Shown piece by piece: positions 18,916 through 28,184 of a stretch of DNA of 64,000 nt. A model generated the notes under the pieces. The model saw nothing but the letters and a program-made list of their open reading frames with translations, was not told the DNA's origin and did not search any database. Positions within the stretch are counted from its first letter, which is position 1. Each line of letters opens with the position of its first letter. The DNA lies in contig JACKKZ010000002.1 in NCBI GenBank assembly GCA_024236195.1, forward strand, positions 10,805-74,804, written 5' to 3'. This DNA comes from Sphingomonadaceae bacterium. GTDB lineage: Bacteria > Pseudomonadota > Alphaproteobacteria > Sphingomonadales > Sphingomonadaceae. A program made the translations under genes and the position numbers.

Positions 18916-19730
18916 GCTTCCAGCCAGCCCAGCACATCCCCCAGCACGGTTTCGCGTTCGGGCTCGTTGAAGATCTCGTGATAGAGCCCCTCGTAAATGG
19001 TCTGGGTCTTGTCCGGGCTGCCCATGGCGCTGACTATCGGCTGAACCGGCGCATGGGGCACGAGGCTGTCCGCGTTTCCGTGCATGTACAGCACGGGCAC
19101 GAGCAAATGCTGCACTTCATGCGGGTAGCGGGCGATTGCCGCCATCATCTGCTGCGCCGTACGCGCAGGCACTTTGCCAAGCGTAACCAGCGGATCGGCG
19201 CGATAGGCAGCGACCACCGCCGGATCACGGCTGACCGCATCGGAATCCAGCTCCACCGTGCCCATCTTGGGCGCGAGGAAGGACAGCAGACGCAGCACCA
19301 AATTCATCGGCGCAGACACGCCGCCGCCAATTGCCGGGCCAGACAGGACCAGGCCAGACAGCTTGTCCTGCCGGCTCAGCGCGTAATAGAGCGCCAGCGA
19401 CCCGCCCATAGAATGCCCGACCAGCTTGACCCGCTCCAGCCCGCTTTCCCCGCGAACCTTATCGACCAGCCGGTCCATATCGGCGACTGCTTCGTCAAAA
19501 CTTTCGATTACCGCCCGCGCACCGTCAGACTGGCCATGGCCATGATGATCGAGTGCATGGACGGCATAGCCACGCTCGGCAAACCAGCGCCCGAAGGCTT
19601 CATAGCGGCCCGAATGTTCGGCATAGCCATGGGCGACAACGAGGTGATCCTTCGCAGCACCGTCGGGCTGCCAGCTACGGAAGAAAATGCGCCGTCCAGC
19701 GACCCCGACAAAATGGCCTTCATTCCCCAT
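18900..19730 (-). CDS. alpha/beta hydrolase (lysophospholipase / monoacylglycerol-lipase-like)
   Basis: GHGQSDG, the nucleophile elbow LVGHSMGG, and a C-terminal His block (GLYHEIFNE). There is an 11-nt overlap with the upstream HAD/PlsC gene. Confidence 0.8.
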   Translation of the reverse strand: MGNEGHFVGVAGRRIFFRSWQPDGAAKDHLVVAHGYAEHSGRYEAFGRWFAERGYAVHALDHHGHGQSDGARAVIESFDEAVADMDRLVDKVRGESGLERVKLVGHSMGGSLALYYALSRQDKLSGLVLSGPAIGGGVSAPMNLVLRLLSFLAPKMGTVELDSDAVSRDPAVVAAYRADPLVTLGKVPARTAQQMMAAIARYPHEVQHLLVPVLYMHGNADSLVPHAPVQPIVSAMGSPDKTQTIYEGLYHEIFNEPERETVLGDVLGWLEAHPAG

Positions 19731-21294
19731 CGGGCCAGCTCCTCAGCGTATCGACATAGAGCTGGCGCACTTCCGCAATCCGTTCGTCCAGTTCAGGCAC
19801 GGTCCAGTCATGCGTATGGATCGGCGGCAAGACAGCGATATCGACTGTGCCGGGCCGCATGATCTTGGCATCGCGCGCACCGACATCCAGCGCATTGCGG
19901 ATCACCACCGGGATAACCGGTACACCTGCCGCCATCGCCATGTGGAATGCGCCCTTCTTGAACGGGCCAACCTCCACCGTCATGTCGCGCACCCGCGTCC
20001 CCTCTGGCGCGATGACGATGGAATAGCCTTGCTCGATCATGTCGACCGCAGGCTGGATCGCCTTGCGCGCGGCCTCTGGCCCTTCGCCCGCGCGCTCGAC
20101 AAACACCATCGGCATAAGCTGCGTGGTAATCAGGCTGATCGGGTTGTTCTTCAGCTCTGCCTTGCCCACCCCGGCAAAATCGGTGCGCACCAGCGAGCTG
20201 ATGAAGAAGGCATCGAAATTGTTGCGATGGTTGAACAGGAACACCGCCGGACGCCGCGCCCGGACATTCTTCTTGCCCGTGATATTGAGCGAAACCCCGC
20301 AGGACAGCAGCACCGCGTCTGACCATGCAGGCATTGCCATATTGGCCCCGGCGCGCTTGTCCCGCGTGATCGTGCCCCAGGCAAAGCCGGAATAGAACAT
20401 CGGCAGCAGGCTGAACAGGCCGGTGGCGGTGCGCGCCAGCAATTCGGGCGTGGTCGATCCACGGCTGCCATGGCGCAGCACACCCCAGCCATTCGCCGCC
20501 GCCGCCGCTGCCAGCGCGCGGCCCGGATTGGTCGGCACCGGATGGCCAACGGCTTCCATCAGGCCGATTTCCTCGTCCCCGTCGGCGTAGAACCAGCAAT
20601 CCTTCATCTTGGCCTTGTTCGCCTTGACGAAGGCCTTCACGGCATTTGCCTTGCCCACGCCCCACATTTGCGGCTCCAGCACCTTGCCGGTCAGGATGCC
20701 GTCTTCATCCACTTCGCAGACGGACGTCATCACCTGGTCAACACCAAGAAACCGCGCCGCCGGTTCGACCTGATAGCGCGTGGCGGAGCTGGCAATCGCA
20801 ATCGTATGGCCTGCCCGCCGATGCGCAGCCAGAATGCGCGCCATCTCGGGATAGATGCGATCTGCGATGCTTTTCTCAAACAGCTTTTCGCCCAGCGCCA
20901 TCTGCTCTTCATCGCCGCGCCCGACCCATTTGCTGATCGCCTGTTCCAGCAGTTCCTGCATCTCGATCGCCTTGGCCACCGATTTCCATGCAGCAGTGGC
21001 AAGATCCGCCAGGTCCTGCGGTGTGACCTGACCCTTCTTGAGCTGATCCTGCAGGAAGACATTGGCGGAATAGCCCGCCATCAGCGTACCATCGAAATCG
21101 AAGATGACGACAGTCTTCGGCCCTTGCGGCCCAGCCTCAATCGCGGCGATGACATCTTCGACCGAGCGCTCGGCCGCGCTGCCCCGCACCGCTTGTGACG
21201 CCTTCAACGCCTTCTTCGCCTTGGCCTGTGCAGCCTGCTTGGCCGCACTATCCGGCGAATCGGCGACCTTTACCTTTTTGGTGTCTTTTCCCAT
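19720..21294 (-). CDS. HAD-IB hydrolase fused to a PlsC-type 1-acylglycerol-3-phosphate acyltransferase
   Basis: The N-terminal half has VVIFDFDGTL (HAD motif I) and YADGDEE (motif IV-like). The C-terminal half has FNHRNNFDAF (H(X)4D) and IAPEGTR. Confidence 0.8.
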   Translation of the reverse strand: MGKDTKKVKVADSPDSAAKQAAQAKAKKALKASQAVRGSAAERSVEDVIAAIEAGPQGPKTVVIFDFDGTLMAGYSANVFLQDQLKKGQVTPQDLADLATAAWKSVAKAIEMQELLEQAISKWVGRGDEEQMALGEKLFEKSIADRIYPEMARILAAHRRAGHTIAIASSATRYQVEPAARFLGVDQVMTSVCEVDEDGILTGKVLEPQMWGVGKANAVKAFVKANKAKMKDCWFYADGDEEIGLMEAVGHPVPTNPGRALAAAAAANGWGVLRHGSRGSTTPELLARTATGLFSLLPMFYSGFAWGTITRDKRAGANMAMPAWSDAVLLSCGVSLNITGKKNVRARRPAVFLFNHRNNFDAFFISSLVRTDFAGVGKAELKNNPISLITTQLMPMVFVERAGEGPEAARKAIQPAVDMIEQGYSIVIAPEGTRVRDMTVEVGPFKKGAFHMAMAAGVPVIPVVIRNALDVGARDAKIMRPGTVDIAVLPPIHTHDWTVPELDERIAEVRQLYVDTLRSWPDGE

Positions 21295-21389
21295 CGGGAT
21301 GCAGCTTAGGCTGCAAGGGCCATGAGGGGCAAGCAGGCTGGTATGATCGCCCTGTCCTGATCTGGTTCACCCGCCCTGGCGAACCGATC

Positions 21390-22229
21390 CTAAAGGCCGA
21401 GCAACACCTGCAGTTCGGCTACGCCGCCAATCACGAGATCGGGGCGACAAAACTCCTCGCAAGCTGCCCATGCTTCGCGGCTGGTGGTGCCGGTGGTGAC
21501 GCCAATACCGATAGCCCCGCCCGCGCGGGCCATTTCGGTTTCAACGCGCGGATCGTCTCCCACCACGGCCACTTCGCTGACCGGCACACCCAGCTGCTCC
21601 GCCACGAAACCCATCGCATGGGCAGAGGGTTTGCCAGTCACTTCCGGTTCGCGCCCGGTCACGCGGGCAATCGCACCGCTGATCGCACAGCTATACCCGA
21701 AGGCCGGGCCTTCCTGTGTAGCGAAGAAGGGCACGTCGGAGGCAGTGAAGAAATGCGCCCCCTCCATCACCCGGCCGCAGGCGGCATGGATATCATCCAT
21801 ATTGCAGTCCGGATGCCACGCGACATAGACCGCATCCGCATTCTCCGCCCCTGCCTGCCCCGGCATGACGCAAGCGATCCCGTCTTCGCTCAGCGCATCG
21901 GCAACACCTTGCGTGCCGAGCACCAGCACCTGTTCCACCCCGCGCTGCGCAAAGACACGCGCAGCCACGCTGTTGGGCGTGAACAGGTTGGCATCCGGGA
22001 TCGGCAAACCGACATCGCGCAGGCGCGGGCCTTGCTTTGCCGCCGGGTAGGCGCTGCCATTGGTAAGCGCGAGATAGGGGATACCCGCTGCCTGCAAGGC
22101 AGTGAGCAGCTCCACCGCGCCGGGGATCACCTGATAGCTGCCCAGCCGCCGGTTGGAGAGGATCAGCGTCCCGTCCAGATCGAACATGATCCCGCTCACC
22201 TTGCCGGGAAGCTTTGCGTCATCGGACAT
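21390..22229 (-). CDS. HAD-superfamily (IIA-like) phosphatase
   Basis: IMFDLDGTL (DxDGT), LTNGS and VVGDDPRVE motifs. It starts 2 bp downstream of the carboxyltransferase gene. Confidence 0.8.
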   Translation of the reverse strand: MSDDAKLPGKVSGIMFDLDGTLILSNRRLGSYQVIPGAVELLTALQAAGIPYLALTNGSAYPAAKQGPRLRDVGLPIPDANLFTPNSVAARVFAQRGVEQVLVLGTQGVADALSEDGIACVMPGQAGAENADAVYVAWHPDCNMDDIHAACGRVMEGAHFFTASDVPFFATQEGPAFGYSCAISGAIARVTGREPEVTGKPSAHAMGFVAEQLGVPVSEVAVVGDDPRVETEMARAGGAIGIGVTTGTTSREAWAACEEFCRPDLVIGGVAELQVLLGL

Positions 22230-22231
22230 GG

Positions 22232-23695
22232 TCAGTTGCTTTCCACTTCCAGCTTGAAGCCTGCCTTCTCCACCGTCAGTTCGGTCAGGTCGCGGCGGGA
22301 GAGGACATCGCGCAGCAAATTCATCACCGGCTGCGCTTCGGGCACATAGGTGCGATTGGCGGGGCCAGCGGCCTGCATCGCATCGACCAGTTCCGCAGGC
22401 ATGGTGGCGCGGAGCAGGAATTCCTCGTCCGGCAGGTCCTTGCCGATGCGTTTGCGCAGGTCGGACAGCTCCGCCATGCCCTTTTCCGCTTCCAGCTCCT
22501 TCGTGCGCGGGTTGGCCATGATCTTGTCCATGACCTCTTGGTCAACCGGAGCATTGGGCCGCCCGAACTTGCCGATGGCAAAGCGGATGACTTCATCGGG
22601 GATGACGGACCAGCGCTCCTTGCCGGTGACATTCATCACCGCCTGCGTTTGCAGCATCTGCGCGAACGGAGTCATCACGATGGGCCAGCCCAGTTCTTCG
22701 CGGATGCGGCCCAGTTCCTCGATCACCGCCCCTTCCAGATGCGGCACACGCTGGTCGGCCAAATGGCGGCGCATCGTGCCGACCATCCCGCCGGGGAGGT
22801 TGTGCTGGAAATAGGCTGCGTCGAACGGCATCGGGCTGCCAGTGGGAAGGCCTTCCGCCTCGGCAATAGCGGTGAACCATGCGTCGATCTCCGCCACTGC
22901 CTCGTCATCGACATCGACCGTATGGCCGAGCGCGCGCAAATTCTTGACCGTGCGCATCACCGGCGGGTGAGAGGTCCCGTCCGACACCCCGCCACTCGCG
23001 CATTGCAGCGCGGAGACGCCCAGCTCCGCCGCTTCGCAATAGGCGGTTTCCGCCAGGCCAATCGTGCAATGCGAGTGCAGTTCGAGCGGCTTGTCACCAA
23101 TCTCGGCCAGGATCGCCGGGATCAGCGTGTCGATCCGCTTGCTGGTGAGCAGCCCGCCGGGGTCCTTGATATAGAGCGCGTCAATATCGGGGCTGGCGGC
23201 CATGATCCGCGCGGCCTCGGCATAATGCGCATCGTCGTGGATCGGGCTGATCGTATAGACCAGCGCGCCCACCACCTGCTCACCCCCGGCGCGCTTGACC
23301 AGACGGGCGACTTCGACATTCGACGTCGCGTCATTCATCGGGTCCGCCAGCGCGAAGCGGCGGATGCCATTGCGCGCCAGCACGCCGAAAGCGAATTCCA
23401 TGAATTCAGGCGTTGCTGTTTCCCACGAGATGAAGCGGAAGCCGGTGGAGAGGAATTGCAGCGGGGTGGTCTGGCAGATCTCCGCCATGGCGCGGATGCG
23501 CTCCCACGGGTCTTCCTGCTTGAAGCGGACGGCCACGCCCATATGGGTGGAGGTGGTGAAGTCGATCGCGGAAAAGCCCGCGCGCTCCATCGCCGGGGCA
23601 ATGCCCAGCGTCTTGGCGGTATCGATCCCGGTTGCGCCCCACAGGCACTGATTGCCATCGCGCAGGGATGTTTCGACGATCTGGATATTGGCCAT
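22232..23695 (-). CDS. biotin-dependent carboxyltransferase subunit (pyruvate carboxylase subunit B / oxaloacetate decarboxylase alpha / transcarboxylase 5S type), without its own biotinyl domain
   Basis: ETSLRDGNQ, YIKDPGGLL (carbamyl-Lys position) and LELHSHCTIG (HxH metal ligands). The PYC_OADA-like C-terminal region is present. No AMKM-type biotinyl motif was found. Confidence 0.85.
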   Translation of the reverse strand: MANIQIVETSLRDGNQCLWGATGIDTAKTLGIAPAMERAGFSAIDFTTSTHMGVAVRFKQEDPWERIRAMAEICQTTPLQFLSTGFRFISWETATPEFMEFAFGVLARNGIRRFALADPMNDATSNVEVARLVKRAGGEQVVGALVYTISPIHDDAHYAEAARIMAASPDIDALYIKDPGGLLTSKRIDTLIPAILAEIGDKPLELHSHCTIGLAETAYCEAAELGVSALQCASGGVSDGTSHPPVMRTVKNLRALGHTVDVDDEAVAEIDAWFTAIAEAEGLPTGSPMPFDAAYFQHNLPGGMVGTMRRHLADQRVPHLEGAVIEELGRIREELGWPIVMTPFAQMLQTQAVMNVTGKERWSVIPDEVIRFAIGKFGRPNAPVDQEVMDKIMANPRTKELEAEKGMAELSDLRKRIGKDLPDEEFLLRATMPAELVDAMQAAGPANRTYVPEAQPVMNLLRDVLSRRDLTELTVEKAGFKLEVESN

Positions 23696-23699
23696 TGCC

Positions 23700-24179
23700 C
23701 TACCCTGCCTTCACGCGGATCAGCGGCTGGCCCTCTTCCACCGCCGTGCCGTTTTCTGCGAGCAGTGCCGTGACAATGCCCGCCACGCCTGCGCGGATCG
23801 GGTTCATCAGCTTCATCACTTCGATGATGGCGATGATCGTGTCCGGCTCCACCCGGTCACCCACGGAGACGAATGCCGGATCGCCGGGGCGCGGGGCGGC
23901 ATAGTAGTTGCCGAGCAGCGGCGCGACCACATCCTGCTCCCCGGCTGCGGGACCGCCCGAAGCGGGTGCCGCAGCCGGGGCAGCAGCCACCGGGTTGGAG
24001 GAGGGAGGTTCCGTCCCGGCAATTTCGTTATCCTCAACGGGCGCGCTCCAGCTGCCCCCCGCACCGCCACCACGGCTGATGCGCAGGCGGAAATCGCCCA
24101 TTTCCAGCTTGAGATCGGTGAACTGGCTATCGTCCAGCAGCTTCGCAATCTCGGCAATGTCTTTGGCAGTCAGGATCAC
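23700..24179 (-). CDS. biotin carboxyl carrier protein (BCCP)
   Basis: The C-terminus APRPGDPAFVSVGDRVEPDTIIAIIEVMKLMNPIRAGVAGIV has the E(A/V)MK biotinyl-lysine motif. An Ala/Pro linker is present. The GTG start at 24179 forms a GTGA overlap with the upstream stop, and there is no in-frame ATG near the N-terminus. Confidence 0.8.
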   Translation of the reverse strand: MILTAKDIAEIAKLLDDSQFTDLKLEMGDFRLRISRGGGAGGSWSAPVEDNEIAGTEPPSSNPVAAAPAAAPASGGPAAGEQDVVAPLLGNYYAAPRPGDPAFVSVGDRVEPDTIIAIIEVMKLMNPIRAGVAGIVTALLAENGTAVEEGQPLIRVKAG

Positions 24180-25213
24180 CGGCGGCCCCCGAAAATGGTC
24201 ATGACATGGTTGAGCGCATTGGCTTCCGGCTTCTTGACCGGTGCCGCCTGTGCGTCTTTCTGCGCCCAGACGGTTTCCGGGCGGCTTTGCAGCAGCAGGA
24301 TCTGGCCGTCTTTGTCGATGGCCCATTCAATGTCCTGCGGCTTGCCATAGTGCCGCTCCACCTTGCGGCCGACATCGCGCAAGGCCTGCAACTCATCGTC
24401 AGACAGGCAGGGGCCGGTGCTTTCTTCGCCTTCGAGCGGCAATTCCCTGATCCCGCCACCGTCGGCAGGGACTTGCTTGGCGTGCTTGTTGGAAATCTCG
24501 CGGTCGGAAATCTCGCCGGTGATCTTGCCCATTACCCATTTGTCCGGCGTGACTTCGCCCGAAACAACGGCCGAGCCGAGACCCGGAGCGCCTTCGATTG
24601 TAATCACGGATTTGTCCCCGGTGATCGGGCTGCGGGTGAACATCACCCCGGCACAGCGCGCATCGACCATCGCCTGCACCACCACCGCCATCGCCACGCC
24701 TTCTTCGGGCAGGCCGTGCTTCTTGCGGTAGCTCATGCTCTCGACCGAATAGAGGCTGCCCCAGCATTCGCGCACACGGTGGACCATGTCCTCCGCGCTC
24801 AGCACCCACAGGAACGTGTCCTGCAACCCGGCAAAGCTCGCATCCTCGGCATCTTCGGTGGTGGCGGAAGACCGCACGGCGACCTGCGCCGCGCCCAGCT
24901 GGGCATGGGCGCTGGTGATGGCCTGCTCGACTTCGGCAGCCATGGGCTCTTCCTCAATCCGGCGGCGGAGCACCTCGGAAAGCTTCGTCACCGCACCAAG
25001 GTCATTGCCATCCAGCGCATCGACCTGCGGCCGGATCGGCTCGCGCGCTTCGAGCGCGGCTAGGAACAGCTCGAAAGCGTGGGTGGTGACGACGAAGCCG
25101 GGCGGTACAGCAATGCCCGCCTGCGTCAGCTCACCCAGCGAGCCGCCCTTCCCGCCCACGGTCGGGCGGTCAGCAATGCCGACATCAGCGAACCATGCGA
25201 CGGACTGGCTCAT
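24176..25213 (-). CDS. PEP/pyruvate-binding (PPDK_N, ATP-grasp) protein, like the phenylphosphate synthase beta subunit
   Basis: VGGKGGSLGELTQAGIAVPPGFVVT, VAVRSSATTEDAEDASFAGLQDT and IEWAIDKDGQILLLQSRP are the N-terminal nucleotide-binding domain of the PEP synthase family, here as a stand-alone 345-aa protein. Confidence 0.8.
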   Translation of the reverse strand: MSQSVAWFADVGIADRPTVGGKGGSLGELTQAGIAVPPGFVVTTHAFELFLAALEAREPIRPQVDALDGNDLGAVTKLSEVLRRRIEEEPMAAEVEQAITSAHAQLGAAQVAVRSSATTEDAEDASFAGLQDTFLWVLSAEDMVHRVRECWGSLYSVESMSYRKKHGLPEEGVAMAVVVQAMVDARCAGVMFTRSPITGDKSVITIEGAPGLGSAVVSGEVTPDKWVMGKITGEISDREISNKHAKQVPADGGGIRELPLEGEESTGPCLSDDELQALRDVGRKVERHYGKPQDIEWAIDKDGQILLLQSRPETVWAQKDAQAAPVKKPEANALNHVMTIFGGRR

Positions 25214-25214
25214 C

Positions 25215-27059
25215 TTACGCGTCCTCCAAAACCGGCGCAGGATCGAGGATCGTCACTGTCCCCTTGCCGCCATCCACGCGGATGCGGGCGCCGTCGGGGA
25301 TGCGTTCGCTGGCCTTGCCGGTGCCAACCACGGCGGGAAGGCCATATTCGCGCGCGACAATCGCCATGTGGCTCATCGAGCCGCCAATGTCGGAGACGGC
25401 AGCGCTGATTTTCTGGAAGATCGGCGCCCAGGTCGGGTTGGTCACCTGGCAGACGAGGATGTCCCCCTCCTGCAAGCGGTCGATTTCCTTGACCGATTTG
25501 ATCACCCGCGCGGTGCCCTCCACCAGCCCGCTGCAGGCGGCAAAGCCCTTCAGCTCATTCGGATCGCCTTCGCCATCGAACAGCCAGCTGTCGAGGTTTT
25601 CACGGGTGATGCCCCACAACATGACAATCGCCGGATCGTCGATCACATCAGGCACATGGCCCAGCGCGGGCGGCACGGTCGTCTCCGCCCATTTTGCGAT
25701 CGCCGCGGCGCGTTCCTTCACGATAGCAGGCCAGCGCTTGGGACCGACCGGCGGGGAGCCGGAGGACCATGCCAGCATCAGATCCACAATCGCGCTTTCC
25801 AGCTCGTAATGCGTCAGATGGAACACGTCCTCTTCCTTCTCGAAGAAGCCGTGTTCAGCGAGCAGCGCGCCGTATTCACGGATCTTGTTGAAGAAGAGAT
25901 TGGTGTACCAATGCTCGCAATAGAATTTGTGGCCCTCGACATAGGGGAACACGCGATGCGCCAGCTCGATCAGCTGGTCATAGGTCGCCTTGTCTTCCTC
26001 CGTGTCGAGAAGCTCGCGATAATCCGCCACCAGCTGCTCGCGCTCTTCCACCAGCCGATCCAGCGGGCGTTCGATATTCTCGCCCTTCTTCACCTTGTCG
26101 ATATAGCCGGGCAGCGCGGCGAAGGGCATGGAGAGGTCATCGTTCCAGCTGCGGTGATAATGGTAGAAGCCATCACCGACATTCACGTTGAACCACGGGT
26201 TGCGGCTGGTCTCCAGCTCATCGAGCCAGACCTTGCCTTTCTCGCCCAGCTGGTCGAGCGCGCCAAGCACCTCCTCTACGCCCTTGTCATTGGTGAAGTG
26301 GCCATCAATGCCCAGCTCCACAGCGCGACGGGCAAGGCGCTTGACTTCCTCATCGGGCTTGAAGATTTCCGCTTCCATCCCTGCGACCATCCGGCTGATC
26401 GCCTGATCGGAAATCTCCGGGAAAGCGCGTTTGCAGAAATCGAAGAAGGTCAGATAGGCGCCATAGCCGAGCAGCAGGAATTCGAAGTGGTGATGCCACA
26501 TCCGGTAATAACCTTCGAGCTGCTTGCGATAAATGTCGAGCAGCGCGTGGTTGGCGGCGACCCCCTTGCCGGTGTGGGTCGTCTCCATCGGTTCCAGATC
26601 AGGCAAGATCGGCTTGGGCAAGGCCTGCGCTTCTGCGATCAGCGCCTTCATCTTGTCCTTCCACTGGTCGTAGAGGCGTTCCCAATTTTCGTAATAATAG
26701 AAACCGCGCTGCTGGAATTCCAACGCGCGCGCTTCGATCTCCGCCGGGTCCGTGACCGGCACACCGCCAATATAGACGCGGCCGTTGATGATGCGGTGGT
26801 CAATCCCCTTGGTGGTGGGCAGCACATGGACGCGAGTATTGAAACTGCCCAGCGCGCAATAGGCCGCCTCCGCCGTGATCATGTCGAAATGATACATCGG
26901 CTCCGGAAAGTGCATCGAGTTATAGAACCAGAAGCGTTCATCATCTTCCGGGGTAAACTGGGTGTAATAGGGATAGGCTGCCTGCGCGCCCTCCGTCCCC
27001 GGAACAACCTCCACCGAACTCGGCAGGGGGAAGCTCTTTTGTTCGTTGCCCATTTCCAT
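25215..27059 (-). CDS. PEP-utilising-enzyme mobile-domain protein, like the phenylphosphate synthase alpha subunit
   Basis: The C-terminus GLVEGTARVI..GDILVCQVTNPTWAPIF..AAVSDIGGSMSHMAIVAREYGLPAVVG contains the phospho-histidine swivel domain. The ~500-aa N-terminal region belongs to no family I can name. The start is ambiguous (27107, 27059 or 27053). Confidence 0.8.
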   Translation of the reverse strand: MEMGNEQKSFPLPSSVEVVPGTEGAQAAYPYYTQFTPEDDERFWFYNSMHFPEPMYHFDMITAEAAYCALGSFNTRVHVLPTTKGIDHRIINGRVYIGGVPVTDPAEIEARALEFQQRGFYYYENWERLYDQWKDKMKALIAEAQALPKPILPDLEPMETTHTGKGVAANHALLDIYRKQLEGYYRMWHHHFEFLLLGYGAYLTFFDFCKRAFPEISDQAISRMVAGMEAEIFKPDEEVKRLARRAVELGIDGHFTNDKGVEEVLGALDQLGEKGKVWLDELETSRNPWFNVNVGDGFYHYHRSWNDDLSMPFAALPGYIDKVKKGENIERPLDRLVEEREQLVADYRELLDTEEDKATYDQLIELAHRVFPYVEGHKFYCEHWYTNLFFNKIREYGALLAEHGFFEKEEDVFHLTHYELESAIVDLMLAWSSGSPPVGPKRWPAIVKERAAAIAKWAETTVPPALGHVPDVIDDPAIVMLWGITRENLDSWLFDGEGDPNELKGFAACSGLVEGTARVIKSVKEIDRLQEGDILVCQVTNPTWAPIFQKISAAVSDIGGSMSHMAIVAREYGLPAVVGTGKASERIPDGARIRVDGGKGTVTILDPAPVLEDA

Positions 27060-27195
27060 TCCTCTCCCGATGGGGGCCCGCGAGCCATTTGCTGACTTCA
27101 CCGGCATATGTCTTCGAAACTATGCCGCCCTTGCGCCAAGGCCAAAGGATTTGTGCGCAGGCCCATTGGGACAATTGCGCAGCAAGCTGTCCAAT

Positions 27196-28182
27196 TTAAC
27201 TATTGGACTGATGCCCGGCCCGATATTGGCGCGGGGCCACAGCATAGCGCTTGCGGAACAGCCGGGTGAAATAGCCCGGATCAAGGAAGCCGCACCGCCA
27301 GGCGATCTCCCCCACGGCAACATTGCGATAAGCGGGATCGGCCAGCATGTCGCCTGCGCGATCCAGCCGCGTGGCGTTCAATTCCTGGACGAAGCTGGTC
27401 CCGCTGCCCGCCAGCAGCGCCTGAAGATAGCGCTTCGAAATACCAAGGTCATCGGCAATCCGCTGGGGCGTCAGCTCCGGATCGGCGAAATCACTTTCGA
27501 TCCGCCGCAGCACCTGCCGTGCCAGTTGCGCCCCATGGCGGCCTACGGGCGGTTCGTGGAATCCGGTCGCCAGCGCCAGCAGGCTGCCCACCTGTTCCGC
27601 CACCATGCTGCGCGGGAGCGGGCTGGTATCAAGCGAATCCAGCATGGTCTCCAGCAGGGCACCGAGCGGCGCGCCCCACCCTTCGCGGACCGAGAGCGGC
27701 TGGCCCAGCAAGGCCTGCGGATCGGGCAAATAACGATCCAGCCAGCCGAGCGGCATCATCAGATCAGCCACCTCATGCGAGGTCTGCATATCCATCTGGT
27801 AGTGCTTGGTATTGTCGAGCAGCACGAAGCTGCCCGGCGCAACGTCAAAGCGGCGACCAGCCACCTGCGTATCCAGCACGCCTACCCGGGCATAGACCAG
27901 CTGGATGGACGGGGTGGCCTTGCCCGCCTGCCCTTCATCGCCTTGCCGGATCACGCGCTGGGCCGGGGCATGGAGGTGCAGCAGCCGCAGCTGGCCGATG
28001 CCATGGCTGCTCCAGCGCGCGGCAAAGGCATTGTCGTCGAACGGGATAACCACCATGGGCGCGATATTGGATGCGGCCCAATCCTGCCACTGGCGCATCG
28101 CCTCTGGCTTCGCCAGCCCGTGCGAGGTCCAGCTGGCATCGCGGGCTTCACTGGCATCACCTTTATCACGCAGGGTCACCAT
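27196..28182 (-). CDS. AraC-family transcriptional regulator
   Basis: The C-terminal double HTH is ISKRYLQALLAGSGTSFVQELNATRLDRAGDML...VGEIAWRCGFLDPGYFTRLFRKRY. The N-terminal region is a ligand-binding-like domain. Confidence 0.85.
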   Translation of the reverse strand: MVTLRDKGDASEARDASWTSHGLAKPEAMRQWQDWAASNIAPMVVIPFDDNAFAARWSSHGIGQLRLLHLHAPAQRVIRQGDEGQAGKATPSIQLVYARVGVLDTQVAGRRFDVAPGSFVLLDNTKHYQMDMQTSHEVADLMMPLGWLDRYLPDPQALLGQPLSVREGWGAPLGALLETMLDSLDTSPLPRSMVAEQVGSLLALATGFHEPPVGRHGAQLARQVLRRIESDFADPELTPQRIADDLGISKRYLQALLAGSGTSFVQELNATRLDRAGDMLADPAYRNVAVGEIAWRCGFLDPGYFTRLFRKRYAVAPRQYRAGHQSNS

Positions 28183-28184
28183 GG

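Noticed and set aside
22214-27095. Long plus-strand ORFs (22214..23773, 519 aa; 24786..27095, 769 aa; plus several of 200-285 aa) across the kinase/carboxylase operon.
   Set aside because: They are antisense to genes with unambiguous catalytic motifs. Their translations are low-complexity Arg/His/Gly/Asp-rich strings without conserved blocks. GC3-driven absence of stop codons explains their length.
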